Positions 1 through 7,553 of a stretch of 32,000 nt of DNA are shown here, one piece after another. The DNA is taken from assembly GCA_963704755.1 (NCBI GenBank), contig OY969938.1, positions 1,950,001-1,982,000 on the forward strand. Reading direction: 5' to 3'. Position numbers and translations under genes: made by a program. The notes under the pieces were generated by a model that had not been told where the DNA came from, made no database searches, and saw only the letters and a list, made by a program, of their open reading frames with translations. Each line of letters begins with the position of its first letter. The stretch's first letter is position 1. This DNA comes from an uncultured Chloroflexia bacterium (lineage in GTDB: Bacteria > Chloroflexota > Anaerolineae > Anaerolineales > Anaerolineaceae).

Positions 1-1
1 C

Positions 2-685
2 CAGCGCCACACCCCCATCATTGCGATGACTGCCCATGCTCTGAAAGGTGACCAGGAGCGCTGTCTGCAAGCCGGTATGGACGATTACGTCTCCAAACCG
101 CTCGACCGCCCGGGGTTGATGAGAACCCTGGAGCGCTGGACCCAGCCAAAAGCTGAAAACGCCGCCCTGAGCGAAGAAACCGGGCCGGCCGAGGTTGAAG
201 ATTACTCCAGTGCAACCGAATCATTTGACTTCATCGAAAACGCCTTCGAAAGCGAAGGTGGCTTTTTCGGCGAAGAGGCCCCCGAGCAAACGAACGAACC
301 GGCAGAGATACCGAGTGAAGATCTCGACCTCACGGCTGAAGACCTGCCCATCGACCTGACCTCCGCTCTGGCTCGCTTCGACAATGACCGGACCTTCTTC
401 CTTGAAATGTGCCAGAGCTTTATCGACAATATCCCTGAGCGGATCAGCGACATCAAGAAAGCACTGGAAGCCGGGGACGCGAACACCTTCAGCCGACATG
501 CCCACAACCTCAAGGGCATGTCGGCCAACTTCAGTGCCGATGCCGTTACCCACCTGGCCCGCCGGTTGGAAGAATTGGGCCGCGAGGATAACCTGGCGAA
601 GGCTCCCCTGCTGATCGAACACCTGGAAAGCGAGGTCGTGCGATTGCGCGAGGCTTTCGTAGAAATCAAAACCCTTACCGATTAA
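2..685 (+). CDS. C-terminal part of a hybrid two-component protein: end of a receiver domain plus an Hpt phosphotransfer domain (5' end lies outside the window)
   Basis: The frame is open from nt 2 ([33 protein letters not shown] is a typical REC C-terminal signature). [15 protein letters not shown] matches the Hpt H-x-x-K-G phospho-His motif. Stop TAA at 683-685. Confidence 0.8.
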   Translation, partial: QRHTPIIAMTAHALKGDQERCLQAGMDDYVSKPLDRPGLMRTLERWTQPKAENAALSEETGPAEVEDYSSATESFDFIENAFESEGGFFGEEAPEQTNEPAEIPSEDLDLTAEDLPIDLTSALARFDNDRTFFLEMCQSFIDNIPERISDIKKALEAGDANTFSRHAHNLKGMSANFSADAVTHLARRLEELGREDNLAKAPLLIEHLESEVVRLREAFVEIKTLTD

Positions 686-706
686 TCTCACTATAAAGGA
701 GTTTCA

Positions 707-1927
707 ATGGCCCCTAGAATTCTCACAATCGATGACGAGCCCATGTACCACACCATGATCGCACGGGCGCTGGAACCCCTGAACTGTCAGATCAGCACTG
801 CCGAAGATGGCACCCAGGGTCTGGCCATGGCAAGGAACCTCAAGCCGGACGTGATCATCACCGATGTCGTCATGCCGGATATCACCGGTTACGAGGTGAC
901 CCGCCTGCTGCGCCGCGACCCCGAGTTCGCTCACGTGCCCATCCTGGTGCTCACCGCCCAAACCGGCTTGCAGGACAAGCTCAAGGCTTTCGAAGTCGGC
1001 GCGGACGATCACCTGACCAAACCTTTCGAGCCGGCCGAACTGGCCGCGCGGGTCACTGCCCTTATCCGCCGGGCCGAGGTCAATAAAGCCGCCGAGCCCT
1101 CCGCCGTGACAAAAGAAAAAGCCCGCCTGATCGCCCTGCACAGCTTGCGCGGAGGCACCGGCTGCTCCAGCATGGCGGTCAACCTGTCGGTGGCGCTGGC
1201 CAGTTTGTGGAAGAGCCCCACCATCCTGCTGGACCTGACCATGGTCGCCGGCCAGGTAGCCCTGATGCTCAACGCCACCCTGAAGCGCACCTGGGCGGAC
1301 CTGGCCCGCTTCAAGCAAAGCGATCTGGACATGCAGGTACTTTCCTCAATCGTTTTCCAGCACGAAAGCGGGTTGTCATTCATCGCCGCGCCGACCTTCC
1401 CAAGCGAAGCCGAGACTATCGATACCGAGACCCTGGCGACGGCGGTGCGTATTTTGCAGCAGCGCTACGATTACATCGTGGCCGATCTGCCGCACGACTT
1501 CAGCGAGATCAGCCTGCAGACTCTCGATCTGGCCGACATTGTCCTGCTGGTCGCCTCGCCCGACCTGGCCTCGCTGCGCGCCGTGGTTGCAGCCATGGAT
1601 ACCTATAAAAAATTAGGCTATCCCACCCAGCAGATCAAACTGATGCTGAACGCGACCTTCCCTAAATCCGGGCTGTCGAAGGACAAGATCGAATCCGCGG
1701 TCAAGATGCCCATCACCGTCACTGTGCCCTACACCCAGGAACTGTTCGTGGAAGCAATCAACCTGGGCATGCCGCTGGTTTTCGATAAACCGGAGGAGGC
1801 CGTCTCGGGTCTGCTGGAAGATTTTGCGTTTTATTTGAGCAAGGAAAGCCACAAAAAATCCAGGCCGCAAAACCCCAGTGACGCCTGGACGCGGGTCTAT
1901 AAACGCTATAACAGCCGCAAAAAATAA
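707..1927 (+). CDS. Response regulator receiver domain fused to a CpaE/TadZ/ParA-like (MinD superfamily) domain with a degenerate P-loop
   Basis: AAGGAG lies 5 nt upstream of the ATG. REC motifs are present (DDEP, ITDVVMPDITG, LTAQ, KPF). The C-terminal half resembles CpaE-like ATPases, but the Walker A position reads SLRGGTGCSS (nt 1142-1171) instead of KGGxGK[ST]. Confidence 0.8.
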   Translation: MAPRILTIDDEPMYHTMIARALEPLNCQISTAEDGTQGLAMARNLKPDVIITDVVMPDITGYEVTRLLRRDPEFAHVPILVLTAQTGLQDKLKAFEVGADDHLTKPFEPAELAARVTALIRRAEVNKAAEPSAVTKEKARLIALHSLRGGTGCSSMAVNLSVALASLWKSPTILLDLTMVAGQVALMLNATLKRTWADLARFKQSDLDMQVLSSIVFQHESGLSFIAAPTFPSEAETIDTETLATAVRILQQRYDYIVADLPHDFSEISLQTLDLADIVLLVASPDLASLRAVVAAMDTYKKLGYPTQQIKLMLNATFPKSGLSKDKIESAVKMPITVTVPYTQELFVEAINLGMPLVFDKPEEAVSGLLEDFAFYLSKESHKKSRPQNPSDAWTRVYKRYNSRKK

Positions 1928-1931
1928 AAAA

Positions 1932-1984
1932 ACGAATTTGATGTGGTTGCCGGGGCAAAGCCCCGGCAACCACATCAAATTCGT
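1932..1984 (-). terminator. 25-bp perfect stem, 3-nt loop; likely Rho-independent terminator for the minus-strand DUF362 gene; member of the CGAATTTGA hairpin family
   Basis: ACGAATTTGATGTGGTTGCCGGGGC-AAA-GCCCCGGCAACCACATCAAATTCGT. The plus strand has an A-rich run at 1916-1931, which is a T-run after the hairpin on the minus strand. Confidence 0.6.
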
Positions 1985-2003
1985 GAACTCCGCGAAGTTA
2001 CAA

Positions 2004-2044
2004 GAGGTATAGATTTTTGGGCGTTGCCCAAAAATCTATACCTC
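2004..2044. repeat. 19-bp perfect stem hairpin, 3-nt loop, between convergent genes
   Basis: GAGGTATAGATTTTTGGGC-GTT-GCCCAAAAATCTATACCTC. No flanking T-run on either strand. Confidence 0.7.
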
Positions 2045-2064
2045 AAACTGTAAAGGCAAACCAG

Positions 2065-3228
2065 CTATTTGGCCGGAATATAGTCCATCGACATGCGCTC
2101 GATTTTTTCGACCGGCAGCACATCCACCAGCTCGTAATCCCGCGAGCCCAATCCCAGGCCCTCGGCGTACTCGACCACTTTATAGGGGTCCTTCATCTGG
2201 CCATGCAGCCAGCTCAGCGGATGGCCTTCGCGCGAGTTGATTTCCATGCCGGTTGGCACGTTTTCCTCGATGATCGCGTGCTCGGCCAGCTTGTCCAGCA
2301 CGGCCTGGTCGATGGCCACGATATCATCCGAGCCGAAGATACCGACATCCGGCAGGATGGACATGCCGGTGAAACCGAAGCAGTCGCACAGCGGGGTGAC
2401 CATGGTGGCCAGCACCAGGTTGGTGACTTTGCCGGGCTCGAAGGTGGAAAGGCTCACGCTGGTGCTGATTGCGCAGGCTTCCTGGAACGAGTGGAAGTTG
2501 ACCGGGTCGATCTTCAGGCTGCCGGCCGGGGCGACCTGCAGGCAGCGGCCGCACTGGTTGCACTGCTCGAAATGCAGGTGCAGGTTGCCCGGGTTTTCCT
2601 TGTCCTCGACGATAGCCTCGAACGGGCAGACTTCCATGATCCGTTTCAAGGTCTCTTTATCGGTGCACTTTTCCGGGAACCAGTAGGGATCGTAGTGCAT
2701 GGTGTCGTGCATCTGGCCGCGCGTGCGGCCCGACATGCAGCCCAAGGCCAGGTTCTTGAAAGCGCCGCCGTAAGAGCAGGAGGGGTGGCCCTTGGCGTGG
2801 GCGAAATTGATCAGGAAGGTCGCGTCCTCGACAAACCCGCCGACTTCCCAATCCTGGATACCCTTGTAAGGTTTGTGGTGCTTGTACACGTAGCGGTTGG
2901 TCGGACCGGCCATGGGATAAACCGGGCAGCCCAGGGTTTCCTGGCTGTACCCGCGCGCTTCTGAGGCGGCCACATCCCATTCCACATCGATAATATAAGG
3001 TTTGCCGCCGCCATCCTTGACCGCCTGGATCACTTTACGCAGGAAAACCGGATGGATGGTGGAATAGCTCAAATTATTGCCCAGGTGCATTTTCAGCGCC
3101 ACGATCTCGTCCTTGACCCGCTCGCGAATGTGGAGTTGGTCGATAATCAGATCAAGCTTCGCCGGCAGCGTCTCTTTCGCGTCCCAGCGTGCCTGACGGG
3201 GTGAACCATAGAAAACTTTACTTGCCAT
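2065..3228 (-). CDS. DUF362 domain protein with an inserted ferredoxin-type 4Fe-4S motif
   Basis: 387-aa ORF. FAHAKGHPSCSYGGAFKNLALGCM resembles the DUF362 core. Cys motifs EVCPFEAI and CNQCGRCLQVAP are present. ATG at 3228 with an AAGGA upstream. Confidence 0.75.
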   Translation of the reverse strand: MASKVFYGSPRQARWDAKETLPAKLDLIIDQLHIRERVKDEIVALKMHLGNNLSYSTIHPVFLRKVIQAVKDGGGKPYIIDVEWDVAASEARGYSQETLGCPVYPMAGPTNRYVYKHHKPYKGIQDWEVGGFVEDATFLINFAHAKGHPSCSYGGAFKNLALGCMSGRTRGQMHDTMHYDPYWFPEKCTDKETLKRIMEVCPFEAIVEDKENPGNLHLHFEQCNQCGRCLQVAPAGSLKIDPVNFHSFQEACAISTSVSLSTFEPGKVTNLVLATMVTPLCDCFGFTGMSILPDVGIFGSDDIVAIDQAVLDKLAEHAIIEENVPTGMEINSREGHPLSWLHGQMKDPYKVVEYAEGLGLGSRDYELVDVLPVEKIERMSMDYIPAK

Positions 3229-3261
3229 AGGTAGATCCTTTCAAATATTCAGATAATTGTT

Positions 3262-3371
3262 GTTACTACTCAAGCCGGTTCGGAAATTAGGGGTGTTTTA
3301 TTATTTTTCGTGTGCTTCACACACGAAAAATAATAAAACACCCCGCTTTTTTGCGATAGCTGAGTAATTTC
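3262..3371. repeat. Composite palindromic element: degenerate outer box pair bracketing a 25-bp perfect hairpin (3290-3344)
   Basis: Inner hairpin GGGGTGTTTTATTATTTTTCGTGTG-CTTCA-CACACGAAAAATAATAAAACACCCC, followed by GCTTTTTTGCG. Outer arms GTTACTACTCAAG (3262-3274) and CTGAGTAATTTC (3360-3371) are degenerate copies of the CTGAGYAGTTAC box. Confidence 0.65.
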
Positions 3372-3664
3372 TAATTGTTCGTGATTCTCTCTAAAAAGTA
3401 ATCCGGCTTGTGGTATAGGCCTCCAACACTTCGAATTTGGGCCATTTTTTGGATTTAATCCAGGCAGAAAGGATTCCGGCCGGCCCAAACAGGCGGCATT
3501 GGGCCACAGAATGGGGAAAAACTATTTTATTGATCAGCACAAATAAGGAAGACAGCCGACCCTGTCCGGCTATAGGACGATTCTATCCCATCCGGCGTAG
3601 GTGTCAATCGGCCGGGCAGCTAAAAGGCGGCCTGGCGGATTTATTTAACCTGTTGATAATAGAA

Positions 3665-4381
3665 TTAAATCCGAGCCGCAATATCCAGCCAGGTCTCTTT
3701 GGTCAAAAAGCTCTCTTCAACCTGCTCTTCCAATTCCAGAAATCGTTTGTAGGGAAGGCTGAATGAAAGAATATCTTTATCGATATATTTTCGAGCCGAA
3801 GGATCGGTTAATCCGATAATACATTTGGGATTTTCGGCTTCCACCTGTTCAAGTGCATATAAGACAGATTGCTGGCAACCGGAGGCAAAGTCAACTTTAA
3901 CGTTGTCCTGGGTGGACCGGTCGTAATTGGCAAACCACATGAGCGCGGAAAGTTGATCGGCATTGGCCAAAAATATAATGATTTCCGGTACCTCATCTTC
4001 GCCTAATTCGGATATGGGCATAAAAACAATAAATTCTTTGCTGGAAACTTGCGGTAAGCTATTTACAAATTGCGCAGCCAGCTCGGGACTCTTTTTGTAG
4101 AACTCACCTTGCCTTCCTCCTATACCCCCGGTCGACAAAAAATACTCGATAAAACCCAATTCGAAACGTTTAAAACCCAATCCAACTTTACCGCCGGAAC
4201 AAGTCGTCGTCTTTTCGTCAAAAACAGCAATTCGCCCTTTGGCCGCGGCATTCAGTAATGAGATAACGCAGCCCCGTTTTCCTTCTTGAAACTGCAAAGC
4301 TCCCTCGGGTTTGGCCTCCGAACGGAAAACAGCTACAGGTTGATTTTTCAGTTTGATAGCATTCGCAAGCTTACTCTTCAT
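3665..4381 (-). CDS. DUF169 domain protein
   Basis: The ORF is 3665-4396. I prefer the internal ATG at 4381 (MKSKLAN...) because GGGAGA lies 7 nt upstream. Sequence style ([25 protein letters not shown]) is DUF169-like. Visibly lower GC than its neighbours. Confidence 0.7.
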   Translation of the reverse strand: MKSKLANAIKLKNQPVAVFRSEAKPEGALQFQEGKRGCVISLLNAAAKGRIAVFDEKTTTCSGGKVGLGFKRFELGFIEYFLSTGGIGGRQGEFYKKSPELAAQFVNSLPQVSSKEFIVFMPISELGEDEVPEIIIFLANADQLSALMWFANYDRSTQDNVKVDFASGCQQSVLYALEQVEAENPKCIIGLTDPSARKYIDKDILSFSLPYKRFLELEEQVEESFLTKETWLDIAARI

Positions 4382-4432
4382 ACTTATATCTCCCATTCCA
4401 GAATATCACGGTACGTCACATCTTACCGGTCA

Positions 4433-4596
4433 ACATTAGCCTCAGGGCGATTGCAGCCTGCCTGCATTTCGAGGGCAATTCCCCAAAGAGTGGGTTTTTG
4501 AGGGTTATTGTGGGGCGTAGCCCCACAATAACCCTCAAAAATATCTCTTTGTTGGGACTAAATTGGCATGATGCGATTGCCCTGACATTAGCCTCA
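4433..4596 (+). mobile_element. MITE-like non-autonomous element, copy A (140-bp core 4445-4584 plus 12-bp direct repeats)
   Basis: Flanking direct repeat ACATTAGCCTCA at 4433-4444 and 4585-4596. Imperfect terminal inverted repeat GGGCGATTGC...GCGATTGCCC. Central 22-bp perfect hairpin 4495-4541. 133/140 identical to copy B at 24629-24768. Confidence 0.7.
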
Positions 4597-4826
4597 TCCA
4601 TATCGATGAAGCAACTCCTGCCCTAATTATAATGAGATTTGCAGGACCGCTTTGACTGGAAACCGGCGGCCTCATTCCAAGGCAGTGGATTTACATCCCG
4701 GTGCTCACCAGATGAATCAGGCGCTTGACGCCACGGCCGTCAATGAATTAGAACCTCCTGGCTTAGCGTCCCTCTGACGAAGGTATGCCTTTAGTCAATA
4801 ATGTTTGCCTGGTTTGATCCGCACTC

Positions 4827-4866
4827 GCCCTCACCCCAACCCCTCTCCCAGAAGCGGGAGAGGGGC
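4827..4866 (+). repeat. GC-rich CCCTCACCCC...CCCCTCTCCC/GGGAGAGGGG hairpin repeat, copy 1
   Basis: 10-bp stem CCCCTCTCCC (4840-4849) / GGGAGAGGGG (4856-4865). Related copies lie at 5099-5137 (inverted) and 15181-15230. Confidence 0.7.
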
Positions 4867-5040
4867 AGGAAAAGCCTGCTGCGCCGGGTTGGGGGCTATT
4901 TTGGGCCCGGATTCGGTATACCCGGACGGCGGTTACCCCTATCCCCACGCTTCGCGGAGGGAGAAGGCGCTTAATTCTGCTCGCCGGCGAGGCATGCATG
5001 AAAGAGATTCAGGTTGATCTGGTTGTTTTGGGAATGTCCA

Positions 5041-5233
5041 GTGCGGATTTTAGGAGAGGAATCTGGCCCTTCGCTCCAAATCTGTTTTTGATTTCATTCC
5101 CCTCTCCCGTTCTGGGAGAGGGGCCAGGGGTGAGGGCCGGCGCTGGCCGAGAAGTTCCTTAGCCTGCCGGAGACTGCGCCTCCTCCTAACCTCCCCCAAA
5201 ATCCAAAGTGCGGATTTTAGGGGAGGAATCTGG
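5041..5233 (+). repeat. 26-nt direct repeat pair (5041-5066, 5208-5233) bracketing GC-rich hairpin repeat copy 2 (5099-5137, inverted)
   Basis: GTGCGGATTTTAGGAGAGGAATCTGG versus GTGCGGATTTTAGGGGAGGAATCTGG (24/26). Inner hairpin CCCCTCTCCC-GTTCT-GGGAGAGGGG followed by CCAGGGGTGAGGGC. Confidence 0.7.
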
Positions 5234-5310
5234 TCTGCTCGCAAGTAGTGTGGGATGAGACCTCGAAAGATAGACAGTCCAAATCCAGCATCCATAGTAA
5301 AATTTCCTCT

Positions 5311-5949
5311 ATGAAATTACTACTTACCGGCTTCGAGCCCTTTGGCGAAGATACTGTCAACCCCTCAGAACAAATTGTCCGGCGGTTGGCCAGCGCTTCA
5401 ATCGATGGCGTCAGCCTGGCTACCGCTATCCTGCCGGTTGAAAATTCCCGCGGACCGGCGGAACTGATCCGGGCCTTGCGGCAAACCCAGCCGGACGCGG
5501 TGCTGTGCCTGGGTGTCGCGGTCGGGCGGGCAGCGATTACCGTGGAAAAGGTGGCTATCAACCTGCTGGACTACCGCATCGCCGACAACGGCGGCAACCA
5601 GATCGCTGACCAGCCGGTCGTCCCCGGTGGGCCGGCGGCCTATTTCACCAGCCTGCCGCTGCGTGAAATTATTGCTGCCATGCAGGCGGTTGGCGTACCG
5701 GCCGAACTGTCCTTGAGCGCAGGCAGCTACCTTTGCAACCAGGTCATCTACAGCCTGCTGCACTACCTGGCCGAGAACCGCCTGGCCATCCCGGCCGGGT
5801 TCGTTCACCTGCCGGCTTTGCCCGAACAGGTACTGCAATCCGGCGGGAAGGTACCCTCGATGAGCCTGGAAACGATGACCGGCGGCATATCCGCAGCGAT
5901 ACAGGCGATCAGGCAAGCTGCATTTGCGCCAGCACTTCCCGCAAAATAA
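5311..5949 (+). CDS. pcp: Pyroglutamyl-peptidase I (pyrrolidone-carboxylate peptidase)
   Basis: MKLLLTGFEPFG N-terminus, LSLSAGSYLCNQV (catalytic Cys context) and GFVHLP (His). I chose the internal ATG at 5311 within ORF 5248-5949. Confidence 0.85.
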   Translation: MKLLLTGFEPFGEDTVNPSEQIVRRLASASIDGVSLATAILPVENSRGPAELIRALRQTQPDAVLCLGVAVGRAAITVEKVAINLLDYRIADNGGNQIADQPVVPGGPAAYFTSLPLREIIAAMQAVGVPAELSLSAGSYLCNQVIYSLLHYLAENRLAIPAGFVHLPALPEQVLQSGGKVPSMSLETMTGGISAAIQAIRQAAFAPALPAK

Positions 5950-7108
5950 CAATTTCTTCGTCGGTGGGGACGACCCAGATTTGGGTGCGCGATTCCGGCC
6001 GGCTTATCCGTGAGGCCCGGTCGACGGCCGCGCTGCGATTGGCTGCGCTATCCAAAACGACGCCCAGGGCTTCGACCCCGCTGCAGACGGCCTCGCGCAG
6101 TTGCCAGGATTTCAAGCCGATGTCATCGGTGAACACGATCGCATCTGCGCCGCCCAGCAGCCAGGTATACGCGCCCAGGTAGCTTTTCAGCCGGCGCGCA
6201 TATACCTTGAAGGCAGTTTCGCAGTCGGCGTTCCCCTTTTCCGCCTCGGCGATGATTTCGGCCAGATTCGAAGAGAAATCGGAGAGGCCCACCAGCCCGG
6301 ATTGGTTGTTCAGGATCGTGTCGATCTCCTCGACCGAGCGTCCCTGGCGGACCAGCTCGAGCACAATCTCGGGGTCCAGATCACCGCAGCGGGTGGACAT
6401 GACCAGCCCCGCCAGGGGGGAATAGCCCATCGAGGTATCGACGCTGTGGCCATCCTGCAGGGCGGCCACGCTGGAGCCGCCGGTGCCCAGGTGACAGAGG
6501 ATCAATTTTAGGCTCTCCAACGGCCGCTCCAACAGTTGCGCCGCGCGGGCCGAAACATACTGGTAAGAAAGCCCGTGGAAACCATATTTGCGGAAGCCGT
6601 ATTCGTCGGCCAGGTCACGTGGGATGGCATAGCGGGTGGCGTCCACAGGCATCTGGCAGTGGAAAGCCGTGTCGAAGACCGCGTATTGGGGCACGCCCGG
6701 CAGTTCTTCCCGGCAGACTTCGATCACGCTGTAGGAATTGGGGTTATGGATTGGCGCCAGGTGGAAACACTTTTGCAGCTCGGCCAGGGCCGGGGTGTCG
6801 ATTTTGGCTGTCTGCCGGAAGATTTCCCCGCCATGGACAAAGCGGTGCCCGACTGCATCGACCGGCACCCGGTTTTCGCGCAGCAGGGCCAGGTTGGCCT
6901 GGGCGGCCAGGCGATGGCTGGAGAGCGGCGTTTTTTTCGTTCCGGCTCTGCCGTTGATCTTCCAGTCGATCAGCGGTTCCGCCTGAGTCTGGGTGGCCAC
7001 GTTGCGGGCCTTCCCGGAGGCAATCACCTTTGGCTCACCATTTGCTTCTACCTGGTAAACTTTGAACCCTTGTGAGGAACTGCCACAGTTAAAGATGAGA
7101 ATGTTCAC
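5909..7108 (-). CDS. ackA: Acetate/propionate kinase family
   Basis: ILIFNCGSSSQGFKVY, GHRFVHGG, FDTAFH, YGFHGLSY, CHLGTGGS and VFTDDIG are classic ASKHA acetate-kinase motifs. GTG start at 7108 with AGGAG 6 nt upstream. Confidence 0.85.
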   Translation of the reverse strand: MNILIFNCGSSSQGFKVYQVEANGEPKVIASGKARNVATQTQAEPLIDWKINGRAGTKKTPLSSHRLAAQANLALLRENRVPVDAVGHRFVHGGEIFRQTAKIDTPALAELQKCFHLAPIHNPNSYSVIEVCREELPGVPQYAVFDTAFHCQMPVDATRYAIPRDLADEYGFRKYGFHGLSYQYVSARAAQLLERPLESLKLILCHLGTGGSSVAALQDGHSVDTSMGYSPLAGLVMSTRCGDLDPEIVLELVRQGRSVEEIDTILNNQSGLVGLSDFSSNLAEIIAEAEKGNADCETAFKVYARRLKSYLGAYTWLLGGADAIVFTDDIGLKSWQLREAVCSGVEALGVVLDSAANRSAAVDRASRISRPESRTQIWVVPTDEEIVILREVLAQMQLA

Positions 7109-7135
7109 AAGATGCTCCTGTTGAATCAGAATTCG

Positions 7136-7264
7136 GTAATGCTCAGCCTCACGGCTTAGAGCCTAGAATTAGAGGACTCATTAAAATGTGTCTGAGCAGT
7201 TACCCAGATTTTGAACCATACAAATATCGTAACTACTCATCCTCTACAGTGGCTGAGTAGTTAC
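7136..7264. repeat. Cluster of four CTGAGYAGTTAC boxes forming two small inverted-repeat units
   Basis: GTAATGCTCAGCC (7136-7148) pairs with CTGAGCAGTTAC (7192-7203). GTAACTACTCA (7229-7239) pairs with TGAGTAGTTAC (7254-7264) across a 14-nt spacer. Confidence 0.7.
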
Positions 7265-7464
7265 CAAATATCTTAGATTTTAACCCTGATTGTGACGGTC
7301 TGGCCTTCTCAGGAAAAATATTGTCTAGTTGCCAGGAGAAAGCCATGTAACAAGAACTGGCGCAGCTAAAAGAACCTAAAACTTTCAATGTTAAATATTT
7401 CATTTATAATATTTCAGATAGAGATTATAGTTAATAGAAACCGTTCCATCAAAGGGGTAAGAAA

Positions 7465-7516
7465 CCGAATTTGAGGTGTGTGGTGGGCACAGCCTACGCA
7501 TCCACCTCAAATTTGG
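7465..7516. repeat. Decayed member of the CGAATTTGAG hairpin family
   Basis: AATTTGAGGTG (7468-7478) pairs with CACCTCAAATT (7503-7513). The inner part is no longer palindromic. The left flank GGGTAAGAAACCGAATTTGAG resembles the reverse complement of the right flank of the 28562 copy. Confidence 0.6.
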
Positions 7517-7553
7517 GCCCCCTTTAGCCAATGAAACTGCAACGAGGTGAAAA

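Noticed and set aside
2017-2964. Long antisense ORFs inside GC-rich genes (for example 2017-2964 +, 704-1318 -, 13962-14804 -, 15453-16160 -, 18024-18743 +, 26704-27360 +, 12587-13255 -)
   Set aside because: These are typical shadow ORFs of high-GC coding regions. Their translations are Arg/Gly/Ala/Pro-rich with no recognisable motifs, while the opposite strand carries clear family signatures.
3437-3766. 109-aa plus-strand ORF in the DUF362/DUF169 intergenic region
   Set aside because: It overlaps the 3' end of the DUF169 gene, has no RBS, and its composition is not protein-like.
4763-5295. ORFs 4763-4999 (-), 4805-5017 (+) and 5050-5295 (-)
   Set aside because: They are translations of the GC-rich CCCTC/GAGGG hairpin repeats and the 26-nt direct repeats. 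They have no RBS and low-complexity PSP/GRG content.
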